A DNA stretch of 64,000 bases from assembly GCA_964188305.1 (NCBI GenBank), contig OZ076901.1. One strand, 5' to 3'. Within the stretch, counting starts at the first letter, position 1, and each line of letters starts with the position of its first letter. The position numbers and the translations under genes were made by a program. Positions 20,831 to 34,656 of this stretch are shown here, piece by piece. The stretch is from Podarcis bocagei (taxonomy: Eukaryota). The notes beneath the pieces are model-generated. The model made no database searches. It had not been told where the DNA came from and saw nothing but the letters and a program-made list of their open reading frames with translations.

Positions 20831-23319
20831 CTGGCAAAGCAACAAAGGCAAAGGGAAAGGCCCAATCAGAGACCTCCATGGAAACGCGCCAGAGAGAAAT
20901 TCAATCCCGTCTGGAAAGGCCCTGTCTGGGATGTGCAACTTTGTCTGTTTCAGCAACCGGTGCCCAACATCACAAAAACTGGATTCTGTCCTCAGATGAC
21001 ATTAAAAGCGGTATTTGGACACAAGGGAAAGCAGTAAGAGTGCTGCTTTTGGCAGACTGCTAAGGCCCTTTTGGAGTCAAGTCCTCAAAGTCGTAACAGT
21101 ATAAACAGCAAGCTTAGTTTCCCAAGAGATATCTATTTTAACTTGAACTTGAGTATGAATAAGTGCTGTTTTGGCTACCTAAGGATCGACACTCATCTCT
21201 GAACTTTGGAAATAGACGGAGGGAGAAAGAGAGACAGACGCAATTCTAGCCCTGTGAATTAAGACTGTAATTATTCCCATTCCGCAGACCTGAGCATGAA
21301 AACAACTATAGGAGACAGAAGCTGACAGGAGTTAAGATATGGAAGATGCAAGGCAAGTAGTCTTTACTTTGCAGGCTGAATTTTTGTTTTACTTAGATCC
21401 CAGAGAGAGCACTGGAAAGCAACACTGCTGTCCAATGGCAGGGACAGTCCAACTGAGATTCAGCAAGGCTGAAGTTGGCAGAATGTGTGTGATAGATAAC
21501 TAAGGGAGAGGCAACCCTGGCAGAATGCCAACCTCATACACATTTGCATTCCCTATGCCAAGAGCTCCCAAAGTTTGCCCAGCAAGATATCCAGTTGGGA
21601 ACAACCAGGGAGCTTCTACTGTCCTGCTTCCCAAAGAAACATGCTAAGCCCTGGGCCTTCAATCAAACCCTCGTGAACTAGAGGCTTTAAAGGGGAAAAT
21701 TGACTATTCAGATCCAATTTCCTGGACAGTGGGATCAGCTGCCTCCTCACTTCTCCTGGGAGACACGATGCCAGGCAGCTGCCGCCCCGAGTACCAGCTG
21801 CCTCCCGTTGGCTCCCGGAGCATGAAAAACCAGAGAAGGGAGTGCGTGATCTCAGAGGGTACAGTGAGCAATCGATTTTCAGCAGGGCACCAAGCAGCCC
21901 TGCTTGCTTTTTGAGCCTTTTGTGTCTCCCGTTCACTGCCGGCTGCAAATGCACCCTCCTGCCTGCCCTGTTTGATGCTGCCAACACAATGCTGCCTTTG
22001 TGCACTCATACATAAACATTTACAATTCAAAACCAGCACAGTTCCCAGAGCAGAAAATGCTGGTGCTCGAGAAAGTACAGAGCCTTTAGCAGAAGGAACA
22101 GAGCACTTGACCTCCAAGCAGAGCAGCGAGGAGGAGGAGGGTGGGTCACGTAACCAGGGAGGGGTCAGAGGTGGAGGAACAAACCGGTCAGGAAGAAACA
22201 CTATCTCTCATCATTGAAGCAAGGCTTCTCACAAGGCAAATAAACTCAGTCCTTTAGAAGCCTTAGATGGAAACCTGTATTCTAGCATTTTTATCAGCTG
22301 TTGATCTGATGAAGGTATTGTCCCCTTTTCTCTATGGTTTTTACTGTGTATTCTTCCCTTTTTTTTAAAGAAAAAAAAGCAGAATAGCGTACTTGGTATG
22401 CATTTGTTACACATAGCCCAGACCTGTTCATCTCAGACCACGCTTCTGGTGTGGGGACGTATTTTCCCAGCACTTTGCATCTGGTAGAACACAGTTTGTC
22501 CCCCAGATAACACATCCAATCATGATTTGCTATTGCTGTGCAGAATGTAGTTGTGCAACTATTATGGTCATCAAGTGGTACAGAGAATGATATAAATCCC
22601 TCCCCAGCCCTATGCCAGTGCCACTTTGTGAATTTTTTACTTTGCCATGCCCTTGGTGATGATGATGTGCTTCCTGAGTGCGCTTCCTCAGCACTGAAGC
22701 ATTCGTTCAACACATTTCATTAGTTAGCATTGAAAGTTTAAAGAGCAGCATGTCTCTCTTGTCTTCCCTGGGCTATCTCAGAATTTCTAGAACTACCAAC
22801 CTCAGGAATGGCTGCAGGTCCCTTTTTGGAAACTATTTATTTAACGACATTTGTATACCACTTGATTGTAAGAAAACCTCAAAGCGGTTTACAAAAGAAA
22901 CAAGACATTAAAATTATCAGTAAAAAAAAACCAGTTAAAAGCAAATATTTAAAGAACAATTTAACTCATCTGAATGCTAAAAACATCTCGGTTTCTATAT
23001 GTCAGGATAGGCTTACCTAAACAAAAATGTTTTAAGCAGTTGCCAAAAAAAGTGTCTGCCTGATGTCAATAGGCAGTGAGTTCCAAAGTGTGGGTACTAC
23101 ACCATTGCTTTATTACAAGAGGAGGAGACAAGTATTCCATGGCACATGTAACAGTGCCATTTCCGCAAATCCAAATGGTTGAGTGGGCAAATATGGGGCA
23201 AGGAGCTGAACCAACAGCCTCTGACTCGCACAGCTGTGCCTCAAATTACATACATCAACTTACAAGTGGCCGCTAGAAGCAAATGGGCTAAATGCAGACA
23301 GAGGAAGCAGAACAGATAC

Positions 23320-23471
23320 CTGCAGTCCTGAAATCATCTTCTTTGCTTCTTCCATCTCCTTTTCCAAGTGATCTTGCTGCTCCAGGAGCTGCTCCTCCCA
23401 TGCAGTCTCCAAGCCTGTGGCAGGACACCTGGCCTGCTGCAACTCTACGGGAAAAGGAGAGCACGTCTCTT
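23320..23471 (-). CDS. DIXDC1: DIXDC1 exon 7 (ETCSPFP...WEEQLLEQQDHLEKEMEEAKKMISGLQ)
   Basis: cag/gt, 152 nt, phase 1 to 0; tandem cagAAG acceptor could shorten it by 3 nt. Confidence 0.93.
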
Positions 23472-25091
23472 CTGCAAGCAAAACAATGTGCTGGTTGAAC
23501 AACTCTGGGTGGCCAAAATCAGTTTCCTCTGCACTTCAGAAGGCGGACAACAGTATAGCACATGCCTCCAGGTAATTTGTACACTCCCATGACTTCCTGC
23601 CATTAACAACAGGATGCTATGTCCTTAGGTGAAAATTCATCTTGGCAGAATCCTCACAAGAGGACACACTGTGCTAATCTGAACTAACGTCTTGCTCTAG
23701 TTGCTGCATTTGGGAAACTGTAAGGCAGGCACACAGGCCACGTTCACACTAACCGTCTCTCTGCCCCCACTGCCAGGCAGTGCGCCAATTTGCACAAGGC
23801 CCAACAGCAATGCTACTGTTTTTCAGGAGGACAGCTTTCAAGTCACTCCTGTCTCAAAATCTGTAATGCCATGTTGGTTCCCACGTTTGTACAGCATCCT
23901 ACCTGATATCTTTTCCCCAGTCTGTCTTTCTCTCTGCCCATCTAATGCAGACTATAAACACCCTGGGCAAGGCACCTAATCCCTTCCTTCTACATTATTT
24001 AGAGATAGGCAGAGCTCCCCCACTAGCAGAGGCTGACAGATCTGGACAGGGTTGGGCAAAGAGACACCTTAGTTTTATCCAACCCTCCTTCAGCCCAGTA
24101 GACTTTTCTGTTGCTTTGCCCTGCTAGGATCCTATGCATAGTGACTTGGAAATTAGGGCTACTGAACTCGGGGAGCTTTACTTCCAAATGAGCATGCACA
24201 GGACTGCATTTCGGGAGTGGCAATTGTCATCTCAGAAGTTGCCTGGCTCAAATCTCAATACAGCTATGAACTCATTAGATGGGTCTCTGGCAAAATACTA
24301 TTTCTCAGCCTCAACCCATCCACCCCAAACTGAAAAATGCTCACTTACAGAGCTACTGTAAAGGGTGGCAGAGATAAAGTTGTGAAATGCTTTGAACACT
24401 CACTAAAACATTAGAAAAATGCTACATGTTGTATTTGTTGTTGTTATTATTTAAAGAGCAAGTACTACCCAATACTTTTTAAAGAGTCACTCCAAATGAC
24501 TGAGGGGAAGTACCAACCCCCATTTTCCCAGGCTCTGTTCCAGCTTCTGCGATTATGAATTCAGACTTAGTCAGATGGGGGATTTCAGGCTTTTGTTTTG
24601 AGGATCCCACCCACCCACTGCTTTCCTTGAGTTAAGGACAAAGCATCCTTCCCTGTACTGTGAATGATAAAAAGGACTTCTCTGAGACTCCCCCCCTCCA
24701 CATACTTTCATAGCTTTAAGCGAGTCCCCCCAAGACCACTACAAATGTGTCCCAGTCACATTATAGGTTTGAAAATTAAGCTCAAACAGGACTTTGCCTC
24801 AAATCCTATCATCTGCATGGACTATGGAGCCCTTTGCTGCAGTTTTTCATTCCCATCCTTGTTCTGGGGATCCCATAATCAGGGAGGGAAACTGCACTGT
24901 TTTTATCTGTGCCAGCTGAGACTTAGGCTGTTTCTAAGGGGATGTCAAGGATGCTTTGAAACCCGGAATGCATTCCTTTGGAACGTTGTTTTTGTACAGA
25001 AAGCAGGTGACATACATTTTAGAGATCAAAATGCATGACCTAAACAACATGGATCATTCAAATTACAAACCTAATTACAAACTGCCGTTAT

Positions 25092-25226
25092 CGTGTGGTG
25101 GTTAGAGTGACCAACTGGAACCAGGAAGACCTAGCCCCACATCCCCACTTGGCTGTGAATTTCACCAAGTGAATGTGTGCTAGTCAGTCTCTCTCAGCCT
25201 AGACCTACTTCGCAGGGCAGTTGTGC
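25092..25226 (+). mobile_element. Old degenerate CORE/MIR-like SINE fragment
   Basis: A-box-like gtggttagag followed by tctctcagcctagacctacttcgcagggcagttgtg. Confidence 0.45.
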
Positions 25227-25900
25227 AGACAAAGAAAGGAGAACAGAATCTTTTGTGCTGCCCTCAGCTCGTTGGAGGAAGAGCAGGTTAAAAATCCGCC
25301 AACTGATTAAAACCAGCATGAAAGACCACGAGGGTGTGGAAACAGCCCAAACCAATTTTCGCCAAAAAAGAGCAAGGACCATCTTCATATTTCAGAGGCA
25401 AACCCCAGGGTGTTCCACAGCGAGTCATGGGCCCCTGGCTTTAAAACATCCTGGGTTTACACTTAACAAAACGCCATGTGGAAAGCTGCCCTCAGAAATG
25501 CTGGACTGCTGTATAAGAACCAGTGGGTCACCTGGCTAAGGCCAGTTTACCTCTAAGTGTGTCACTCTCGGAGGCAGTATGCCTCTGAATACCAATAGCT
25601 GGGATCCACAGGTTGGGAGAGTGCTGTTGCGCTTAGTTTCTGCTTGTTATGTTGGCCACTGTGAGAACAGAGTGCTGGACTAGACGAGTCCTTGGCCTGA
25701 GACAGTGAGCTCTCCTTCTGCCCCTATTGAGCTTGCTATCTGCAGTTTTAATTAATCAGAGGTACCTTTCCAGTACATTAAAAGTGTTAAAATCGCTTAA
25801 TCTATGCAGAACCAAAGTAAAATCTCAGAGGAAGGCTGTGGCAGCCCAAGTGGTGGACATGTACCTCTCAATTTACCTGGTCAGTTGTTTGTTCCCCTAC

Positions 25901-26013
25901 CTGTTCTGGTATCTGCTTCCTCTTCACGAACAATGTCAAATCCAGCCTTCTCCTCTGAGTGTGTTATACTAGACTCACTCCTTGCACTGTTCACAGGGCT
26001 GGGTGATGCAAGG
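25901..26013 (-). CDS. DIXDC1: DIXDC1 exon 6 (LASPSPVNSARSESSITHSEEKAGFDIVREEEADTRT)
   Basis: cag/gtagg, 113 nt, phase 2 to 1. Confidence 0.92.
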
Positions 26014-29000
26014 CTGCAAGGGGAGGAGAAGGCAAGCATTCTTTTCATTACAAATTCTTATTATTCCATCAACTTTCTATGTGAAATAAAGTTAGCATGC
26101 AAAGTTTGATTACAGCAAATACTGCCCACATCTTGAGAGCAGCAATGGAGTGTAAGAGAGGGAGTGGATTACAGCAAATACATCAGACAGAAATAGGGTA
26201 AGGTTGATAGAGCTCTGAAGAAGCAGCAGCCCTACCCCACCCATGTATTCGTTGCCCCACCCCATCTATGTCCTAATAAGTGCAGGACTGCTGCCTGGAG
26301 GATGTCACTACCTCCACCCACCTCACAAGCCACTCCTGGTTGACAAGTTAATCAGAGGGGGACATTGTACCTGTGAACTGGGGCTGGTAAAAAACAACAA
26401 CTCATTGGACAGACTTTCAGTAATTAAAAATGGGGCATAATCCGCTGGTAAGTTATCCTGCGCAAGCCCCACGGAAATGAAGTGGATTTGTGCAAGAGTA
26501 CAGAAGAACTCCCCAAGGGAATACACTCCATGAGTTCGATCTCGTATCTCTCTCCCGTTTTGCCCCCCTAAATGGCACCTGAATCTGCTATCTGACATTG
26601 TTATCTCACTCTTGCCCGATTAGGAGGCCACGCTTCTGCTGCCAAGCCCATTCCTCACCCTGATCTAGATGCTGACGGCTAAACAAAGTGATACTGGGAG
26701 AGTTTCTTTTTCTAGCATACATGAGAAGAGTTCAGAAGGGCTACCACATACCCCCAGAAGTCAATGAGTTTATTCTACACTTACACATCAGGAATTCTGC
26801 TTACAAGGGTGGGGGCCATTGCGGCCCTCCATATGTTAATGAAGTACAATTCCCATCAGCCCTGACCACTAGCCCTGCTGGCTGCTGGGAGTTGCGAGTC
26901 CAATAACACCCAGAGGACAACGGGCTCCCCATCCCTGGCTTACAAACACTTCTTGGGGCAACTTCTGCCCTTAGGAGTTGGAAGCTGCAAACAAAGGCTA
27001 CCCACAGGATCCAGTCTCTCATTTGGTCCTTGCTTCTAAGGGCCTTGTGCAACTAAAGCCTAAAGTCAAATAGATTATTTTTAGCAAATTGTGAACTCCC
27101 ATGTGGATAAAGATACCAACTTATGATCTGGCTTTAAATGCCTGAACTCAGCTTTTTTCTTTCTTTTTTAACCCCAGTCCTCCCAGCTGCTTATTCTGCT
27201 CCAACCACTCAAACTTTCTTCCCTGTGACCCCACCCCAAATTCTTCTCACATCCATCACCCAGACAACAGAGAAAGGCATCTGAAACTCACTGACCCATT
27301 TAACATGTCCCTAAAGAATTTCTCCTTGCAAGTGTGAGCCAGAGTTAATGTATCATTTTCCCAGAGACAGGAAACAAAAGGTAGAGCATACAAAAGAAAA
27401 AGTGGGGGAAAGAGTGAAGAGAACAGAATGGATTAAAAACAAAAATAGAAGACGCCTCCCCAGCCAGCCTGCTTTCCAGATATTCTCAGTACTTTTGAGT
27501 TGGATCCCACACCTAGAAAGGCACTCGGTAGGAGGCACACACCGCAGAATAATAATATCAAAGCATCTCATAAACCCTGACGTGTTCTTAGCATGTTCGT
27601 TTTAACTCACAGGGCAAGAGCAAGGCTTCATCAAGCTCCTGAGTAATGTAGTTCAAAAATCAAAGTCCCTCCACTAAATCTACTGCAGCTTGGCTGCATT
27701 CAAGATCTTAAGACACAGGTTGCCATACTACTAGCCCAACCCAAAAGCTGCAGGCAGGCGGGAACACAAAACGTAAAAGTTGTGTGTTTTGTCTATCAAC
27801 CCCCAAGGAATCAGTGACTTGGGCTACACTGTACCAATGTGGACTAAGGGGCTTCACTCAGCACAGCTGTCAATCCAGTCCTTAGGGATCAGCTCGAAGA
27901 GCACAACTGACACACGCATGGATTCTCCCTGACCATGGAAGCACCTTTAGGGACCTCCATGCATAGGAGCAGTATACTACAGAAGAAAAGAAACTAGACA
28001 GGGACCCTCAGCATTTGAGGACTACTGATGGAAACAGAATGCTTGAGGGAGATGGACTGTTGTCCGATTCGTTAAGATATCTGAAAGTTCTCTATAGCTC
28101 TCATTCTGTGGGATCAACATGGCAATGACACTCTAGTGACAGAAGTCACAGAAGCAGTAGGACTGCCAACTTCTCCTCTTCTTTTTGCAGACATCGCTAT
28201 TTTGCCTTCGTTAAGACCTGCAGAGATGAAGCCATTTTCCTCATCACTTTATCACCATGCCAGTACTGTATTAGCTTCACCAGTTAAATGTCTGTATAAC
28301 ACAAAGGCATGGAAGCAGGGCCAGTTAAGAAGGTTGCAACCCAGCAGGACAGCCCAGGGGAGGCAAAGCAAGATGAAGGGGGAATGCGTATGGGAGATGG
28401 TGGTACTAAGCAGACACTGATCACTGGGATGAGGGCAGCTGGGCATTCTGATCCACAGAAATGCCCACTCCATTCGGAAGGATATCATCCATCACACCCT
28501 CCCCTAAAGCACCTTTGGGGGTAGCACACACAAGAAAACGCTCAACCATGCTTTAAAATGCAACTACAGAAGGATTTTAATAACCACCTTACAGATGTAG
28601 CTCAGTTTAATGGCAGTTTCACATGCAAGATAACAGCTCCATTTTACAGTTCTTTGGCCCATGATCTACCAGTGACTGCCATCAGGCCACCTCCAAAATA
28701 AATAAAGTTACCAAGTCAAAGAGTACACCTGAAACCCAAAACATGAGTCACAGATCATCTCCATCATGCATCCTACAAGTTAAGTGTTGGGGTGGGGTGG
28801 GGGTTAAGGAAACTCAGAGTCTTGCTATCAATTCCCTGGAGAATTGTGCATTTTAAGCTGTCAGTTTTCAGATTTTCTTTTAAAAATCCCAGTTCAACAT
28901 TCAACATTAGCAACACATAGAAATTAGGTCTGGGGCATTGAATCTATTTCTGCAGGATTTATGGTGCAGGAAAATTATTTATATGCATCATTCCTTCCAG

Positions 29001-29138
29001 CACTGCCTGGTCCCTTACCTAAAAAAAGGTTAGACATAAGCGTCTAACAAGGGACCACTGAACAGTCTTAGCAACCAAGCCCACACCCCTGACCGTTTCC
29101 ACAACCAACCTGCCCCCTCTTTGAAATGACTGGCTCAC

Positions 29139-29161
29139 CATTTGACCTGCTTCCCTCCCAT
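29139..29161 (-). CDS. DIXDC1: DIXDC1 alternative first coding exon of the short isoform (MGGKQVK-C)
   Basis: ATG GGA GGG AAG CAG GTC AAA TG|gtgag; phase 2 joins exon 6 in frame; resembles the mammalian short-isoform start MGGTQVKC as recalled; in-frame stop upstream. Confidence 0.88.
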
Positions 29162-29950
29162 GATCCCCCCTTGACCTCTGGCCTCACAGAGCCAATCTCC
29201 TAGGGAGCCTCGGTCTTCCACAAGTCCCAGCCACGGGCATGCCTCGTTCCTTCACGTGCTCAGAATTTCTGCGCCAAGGATGTCGGCTCCTGTCAAACTA
29301 GCACAGAAATGTTTGCCAGGCGGACTCCCTCGCACGAGCCAAGAAATTCACAGCAGGAAGAAGGGGGGAAATTAAAAGAGCAGCTCCGGTTCTTTGGCAG
29401 GAACAGGTCGGTGATAAATCTGCAGCCTACGAGCATGGCTCAGGGAGGAGGAGGAGGCTGGACGCTCGGCAGCCGCGGTTTTCGGCTTGGCTCGGTCGCC
29501 TGTCGGGTTGTTGTTTGTTTTGCACTGTTGCATTTTGGTCTGACGTATGCCCAAAATCTTTTCAACAGCAAGGATCTCGGTCTGAATGGCAAGTCCTGCT
29601 TTTCATCCCATTCTAATCAGTCCAGCTCTCCAACAGCCGCCAGAGAGACCCCAAGCCAAGCCATAGAAACCACTTCTCCAGCCTCGGATCCTATCTCCTG
29701 TAGCACAGTAGGTAGCTGTCCCCCAGTCCTCTGTGCCTGTTATGTCTGTGTGCGCAGGCGAGTGTCTATGAGTGCGTTGCTTCTTCCTTCGCTCTCTGCA
29801 GCTCCGTCTCTCTCCTGCTGTCACCAGGGCTGTGCGAGGCAGAAACCTATTCTCTAAGATGTCTAAGCACAGGGTGGAGAAGAGGGATGGTCGAGGGGAG
29901 GGGAGGGGCTGGGAGTGGAAGAGGGAGGGAAGGAAGACGTGCTTCATGGC
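29162..29950 (-). promoter_or_regulatory. Putative internal promoter and 5' leader of the short DIXDC1 isoform
   Basis: Locally CpG/GC-enriched, apparently non-repetitive sequence directly upstream of the alternative exon; TSS not determinable. Confidence 0.5.
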
Positions 29951-30726
29951 CTGGGGAAAAAACAGCATGATTTGGGCAATTCCTGTCTGAAGCATGTCTG
30001 CTGCCTTTCCATAACAGTACTCTGCTTTCCGTCCCCAGAAACTGTGGCACTAAGAGTGTGTCTGTGTCTGTGTGTTAATGAGGATCCAAAGGAAATTATC
30101 TCTGGCTATGTCACAGTCAGGAGGATGGGCATAGGAAGCAAAAATTGTCCATCTACACATTTTTTTTTAATATAAAAAACAACCAATAGATTTCAGACAC
30201 TAATAAAATGGTGGCATGTCTTTTCCGGGCAGATTTGACAAACTGCCTCCCTGATTTGGGGGGGGGGGGGGCTTGAAATTTCCATTTGGCAACCAGGATG
30301 CACAAGGCAGCTTTATTGGCAAGCCCCTTTTTTTATTTAAAACTGCAACATGCACCAAGTATAAATACAGCAGGGTGATATCAAAACAGCAAAGGAATTG
30401 TAGACAGACACCCACACCCTGCCACGGAGTTACCACTAAGTATTTCACAACCATCATTGGGGCCAGTGACGAAACCAAGATGCCCTGTTCATGTTCCACA
30501 GCTGGGAAAAGCAAAACACAGAGCCAGGGAGAAAGAAAACAACTTGGGTCTGGCAGTCACACTCTGTTCCTCAGTTACTATTGGCAACAGCTACCATTGC
30601 TATATACAAAGATCTCACAGAAAAGAAGGATGGCGATGAAAATGCACTTCATACCCTATCCAAAAGAGGCCAGCTACATCAAGGTAACCCTATGCACACA
30701 AAATACCGTAGTAAGAGCCACTTGTA

Positions 30727-31072
30727 CAGTGGTGCCTCGCAAGACGAAAAGAATCCGTTCTGTGATTCTCTTCGTCTAGCGGTTTTTTCGTCTTGCGAAG
30801 CAAGCCCATTGAAGGATTAGCGGATTAGCGCTATTAGCGCTATTAGCGGCTTTTAGCGGCTTATCTGCTGATCGGATCAGCTGATAAGTGGCTTAGTGGC
30901 TTAGAAAAAAGGGGGGAAAGGGGGGAAAAACCAGCAGGAACTCGCAAGACATTGTCGTCTTGCGAAGCAAGCCCATAGGAAATTCGTTTTGTGAAGCACC
31001 TCCAAAACGGAAAACTCTTTCGTCTAGCGAGTTTTCCGTCTTGCGAGGCATTCGTCTTGCGGGGCACCACTG
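30727..31072. mobile_element. pogo/Tigger-like MITE
   Basis: TA TSD, TIR CAGTGGTGCC(T/C)CGCAAGACGAA, internal CGTCTTGCG repeats. Confidence 0.88.
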
Positions 31073-31789
31073 TATTCAAACTTTTGGTGAGGATGGTAGA
31101 GAGATGGTTACAGCCACAATGCTCTAATTGATATACCTATCAATATAATGGTCATGCAGAAACCCCAATGAAGTCTGCCTCAGTAAAAGCACATTGTCAA
31201 CCATCCTGAGCCCTCAAAGCTGGAGGAAAATCCAGTGTGCTCTGCACAAAATCACACCTCAGAGCAGATGCAGGAGTTACCGGTACATGAAAACCCCTTC
31301 ATACTCCTCTCCTAGTGCTTGTGAATAGGCACGAATTATTTTACATGTGCATTTTTGCAGGAGGGCTGCATTTAATTCAACAGAGGGCTGCACAGGAAGA
31401 AGGCAGGTGAAAGAGTGCATTCTTCTGCTCTGAGGGCAAACTTTAAAGCAGGAGAATTTGCCATTCTCCAAACAGACACAGTGAGCTGCTTGGCAATCAT
31501 GAAAATGTTATCTCCACTCAAGGCAAAAACTGTACACCAAGTCAGACCACTGGTCCACCTACACTGGTTCTGAAGGGGGGAAAATGAATGCCAGGGGCTC
31601 CAAAAAGGTATCTCTAAATTGAGCAAATGGGCATCTAAATGGCAAATGTAAGCCAGTGTAAAGTGACAAAAAATACTAACTTCCATATAAAGTAATGGGA
31701 CCTGAATCGGTGGTGAGTGGTGACTGACAAGAAAAAAATATTGGGGTCATAGTGGATAGCTCAAGGAGGATGCTGACCCCAAGATTAGA

Positions 31790-32430
31790 AAAACCGGCAA
31801 GGAGGGGACATGATCGAGAGCTAGAAAGTTCTGCATGGTGTGGAAAAAGCATACAGAGAGAAGTTTTTCTCCCGTGCTCATAATACTGTGAGTTGGGGGC
31901 ATCCTATGAAAGCTGAATGTTGGAATATTCACTCCTAGAAGAGGCAGTGATGGCTGCCAGCTTGGATGGCTTTAAAAGAGGATTGATGGCGAATAAGGCT
32001 CTCAATGGCTACTAATCATGATGGCCATGTTCTACCTCCACAGCTGAAGGCAGAATACTTCTGAATACCAGTTGCTGGAAGCCACAGGAAGAGAGAGCCC
32101 TGTTGCGCTCAGGTCCTGTCTGCAGGCTTCCATAGACATCTGGTTGACCATAGCATACTGAACTAAATGGGAAACTGGCCAGATTCAGCAGGCTCTCCTT
32201 ATGTTCTCATGCTCTATGGTTCATTATAATTGTATAAACCAAGATTCACAATGCCTATATTCTACCCACAGTATCATGCTTCTGAATACTAGTTGCTGGG
32301 GCTCTTGAGAACAAGAGAGCTGGCGTTCTCGTATCCAGTTTGAGGGCTTCCCAGAGGCATCTGATTGGCCACTATGGGAAACAAGATGCTGGACCAGGCG
32401 GGCCCTTGCTCTAACCCAACAGGGCTCTTC
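31790..32430 (+). mobile_element. Old CR1-family 3'-end fragments
   Basis: gatggctttaaaagagga and ttctgaataccagttgctgg blocks recurring at ~25570 and ~34200; boundaries approximate. Confidence 0.5.
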
Positions 32431-34419
32431 TGCGTCCAAAGTTTCAGGAAGAGACTTTTCCCAGATCAGCTACCCAGAGCTCCATTTTAACTGGAGATGC
32501 TGAGGACTTTATGCAAGGTCCCTCCCCTGTCAGGGGTGGTGTGTCCTTTATGTCCCATGATAATCCTGAAAAATTACGACCCACTAACATAGATTAGAAG
32601 CCCAACTTCACCTATGACACATTTGAAAGGCCAGGAGAGAAAGATCCACCCTTTTGCCACCTTCACAGTGAATACAACAGAGTGGTTAAAGAACCATGTT
32701 AAGGTGTAACTAATCTGCAGCTACTGAGTCTATGACCTAGATTTTAAGCCAGCACCAATCACCTACATCATCTTTGGAAGCATCAAAAATTGCCTTGATG
32801 CTGACTTAACTTGAATTCTCCCTCTGAGTGGCTGTGCCTAGCCTGCAGCCATTATCTCCCCTTACCAGCTTGGCAGTTACGCTGCAGTTTAAACAGGCAT
32901 TTTCCATGTCTGTGACAGCTCTGGATTTGGTAAACCAGCACCAGATGCCTTGATCCATGACAGGCTCAACAGCCCACCTCCTTTCACATGGAAGAAGTTG
33001 TGCATCTGGCACTGCTGGGATGGAGACGCACACAAGGTGTGGGAGAGATGGAGAACCACTCTGCAGGGGAGCCTGGATTTGATGTCTCAATCTGGGACAC
33101 TGCGGTGGGGATATAAACAGCATTTCCATATCTGCTTCTCCCCCCACAAAACCCTACAGCACACAGAAACTACTGTTTCCCCCTGCAATAATGGACACAA
33201 TTCTGAAACATCTCCCTCCTTTTCAACCTCCCCCTTGGGTCCTGCTGCTGAGTTTCACAATGCAGCTTCTGCCCTTTGTCTGTACACAGTTACAAAGCCG
33301 GCACACAAATCCACATTTAACGGATGGAGAATATCCCCCATTCTCAAGACATTATGATTGAAATCTAATTACACATCACAGCACAGTCCTGGGTTTAATT
33401 AAAAAGCATTTTAGTTCTAGCTTGACATAATCTCCGATCAATTTCCTAGCAGGTTGTCTGTCCTTCTGCCTGCTTCCCAGCCCTACAGGATTAGGAGAAC
33501 TCTGGGAAATTTGCACACTGGATCAAACCTGTCAAATCTTTGGGGGTCTTCTTTTCTCTTGCAGCTATGCTGGGGATACAGCACCTGCAGTGGGGAGTCA
33601 ACAAGGCTAAAAAAAAAAAGTATTTGGGAAGTTCACACAGCTTTAACACCATGTCTCAACAGAAAACCCAGTCTGAATTTGGGTTCCCAGTTACATACTG
33701 AGCTTGCCTATAGGTCCAATTTAAGGTAAGAAATGGACAGGGTAAAAAGCACCCAGTTTCTATTCATCCACAGCCACAATGTGCCCCTATTACCTGGCCT
33801 TTGATACCCAAGATGTGTGTTTTCAGGACCTGCCCTATTCATGTGACTGCAATTTTTTAAAACTGTTTTTAATAGTGAAATTTAAATTGTCGTAACCTGC
33901 CCTGGAATCTTCTGGTGAATCTACTACTACTACTAGGCTCCCAACCAACACTCAGACATGGACTTTGGTGAAAGTCAATAGGAAGGAAGTTCCTGAACTC
34001 TGGGGCAGCCACAATAATGTAGTGCTTAGACTGCCACTATTAACTATGATTATTAAACGAAACCTCCATGTACAGCAGCAGGTGACTAACCTGTGGTCCT
34101 CTTGATATTGTTGGACTCCCATCAGCTTCAACTAGCACTGTGAATGGTGGGGCATGATAGGATCTGAAGTCCAACAACATGATGTGTACAGCAACAGTAT
34201 ACCTCTGAATACCTGAAGCTGGGAACAAACTAACAAGCAGGGAAGGCCATCAGCTTCAAGCCTTGCATGTGAGCCATCCAGGGGAATCTGGCTGGCTGAA
34301 AAAGATTGGACTAGAGGACGCTAGTAGCACAAACAAGACAGTTCTTGTGGAACACCTCTCCTCCTGTCCTCATTATTCAATCAATGCACAGATGACACAA
34401 TAAAGGAGATGATCTAGAA

Positions 34420-34656
34420 CAGGGGTCAGCAAACTTTTTCAGCAGAGGGCCGGTCCACTGTCCCTCAGACCTTGTGGGGGGCCGGACTATATTTGGGCAG
34501 GGGGGAATGAATGAATTCCTATGCAGAGATGCATTTTAAATAAAAGGGCACATTCTACTCATGTAAAAACACACTGATTCCCAGACAGTCTGCAGGCCGG
34601 ATTGAGAAGGCGATTGGGCCGGATCCGGCCCCTGGGCCTTAGTTTGCCTACCCATG
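34420..34656. mobile_element. Non-autonomous hAT element, same family as 12506-12757
   Basis: Shared sequence; TSD ATCTAGAA/TTCTAGAA fits the NTCTAGAN preference. Confidence 0.85.

Noticed and set aside
22830-23100. Probable L2 LINE 3' fragments (similar at about 4920-5245, 20300-20550, 41300-41570 and 54380-54720)
   Set aside because: Recognised only by general resemblance; boundaries and family cannot be supported without a repeat library
29309-29857. 182-aa plus-strand ORF
   Set aside because: GC-rich promoter-like region with no recognisable domain; likely spurious
30815-30900. Short ATTAGCG repeats as a CRISPR-like array
   Set aside because: No unique spacers; internal to a MITE in a vertebrate intron
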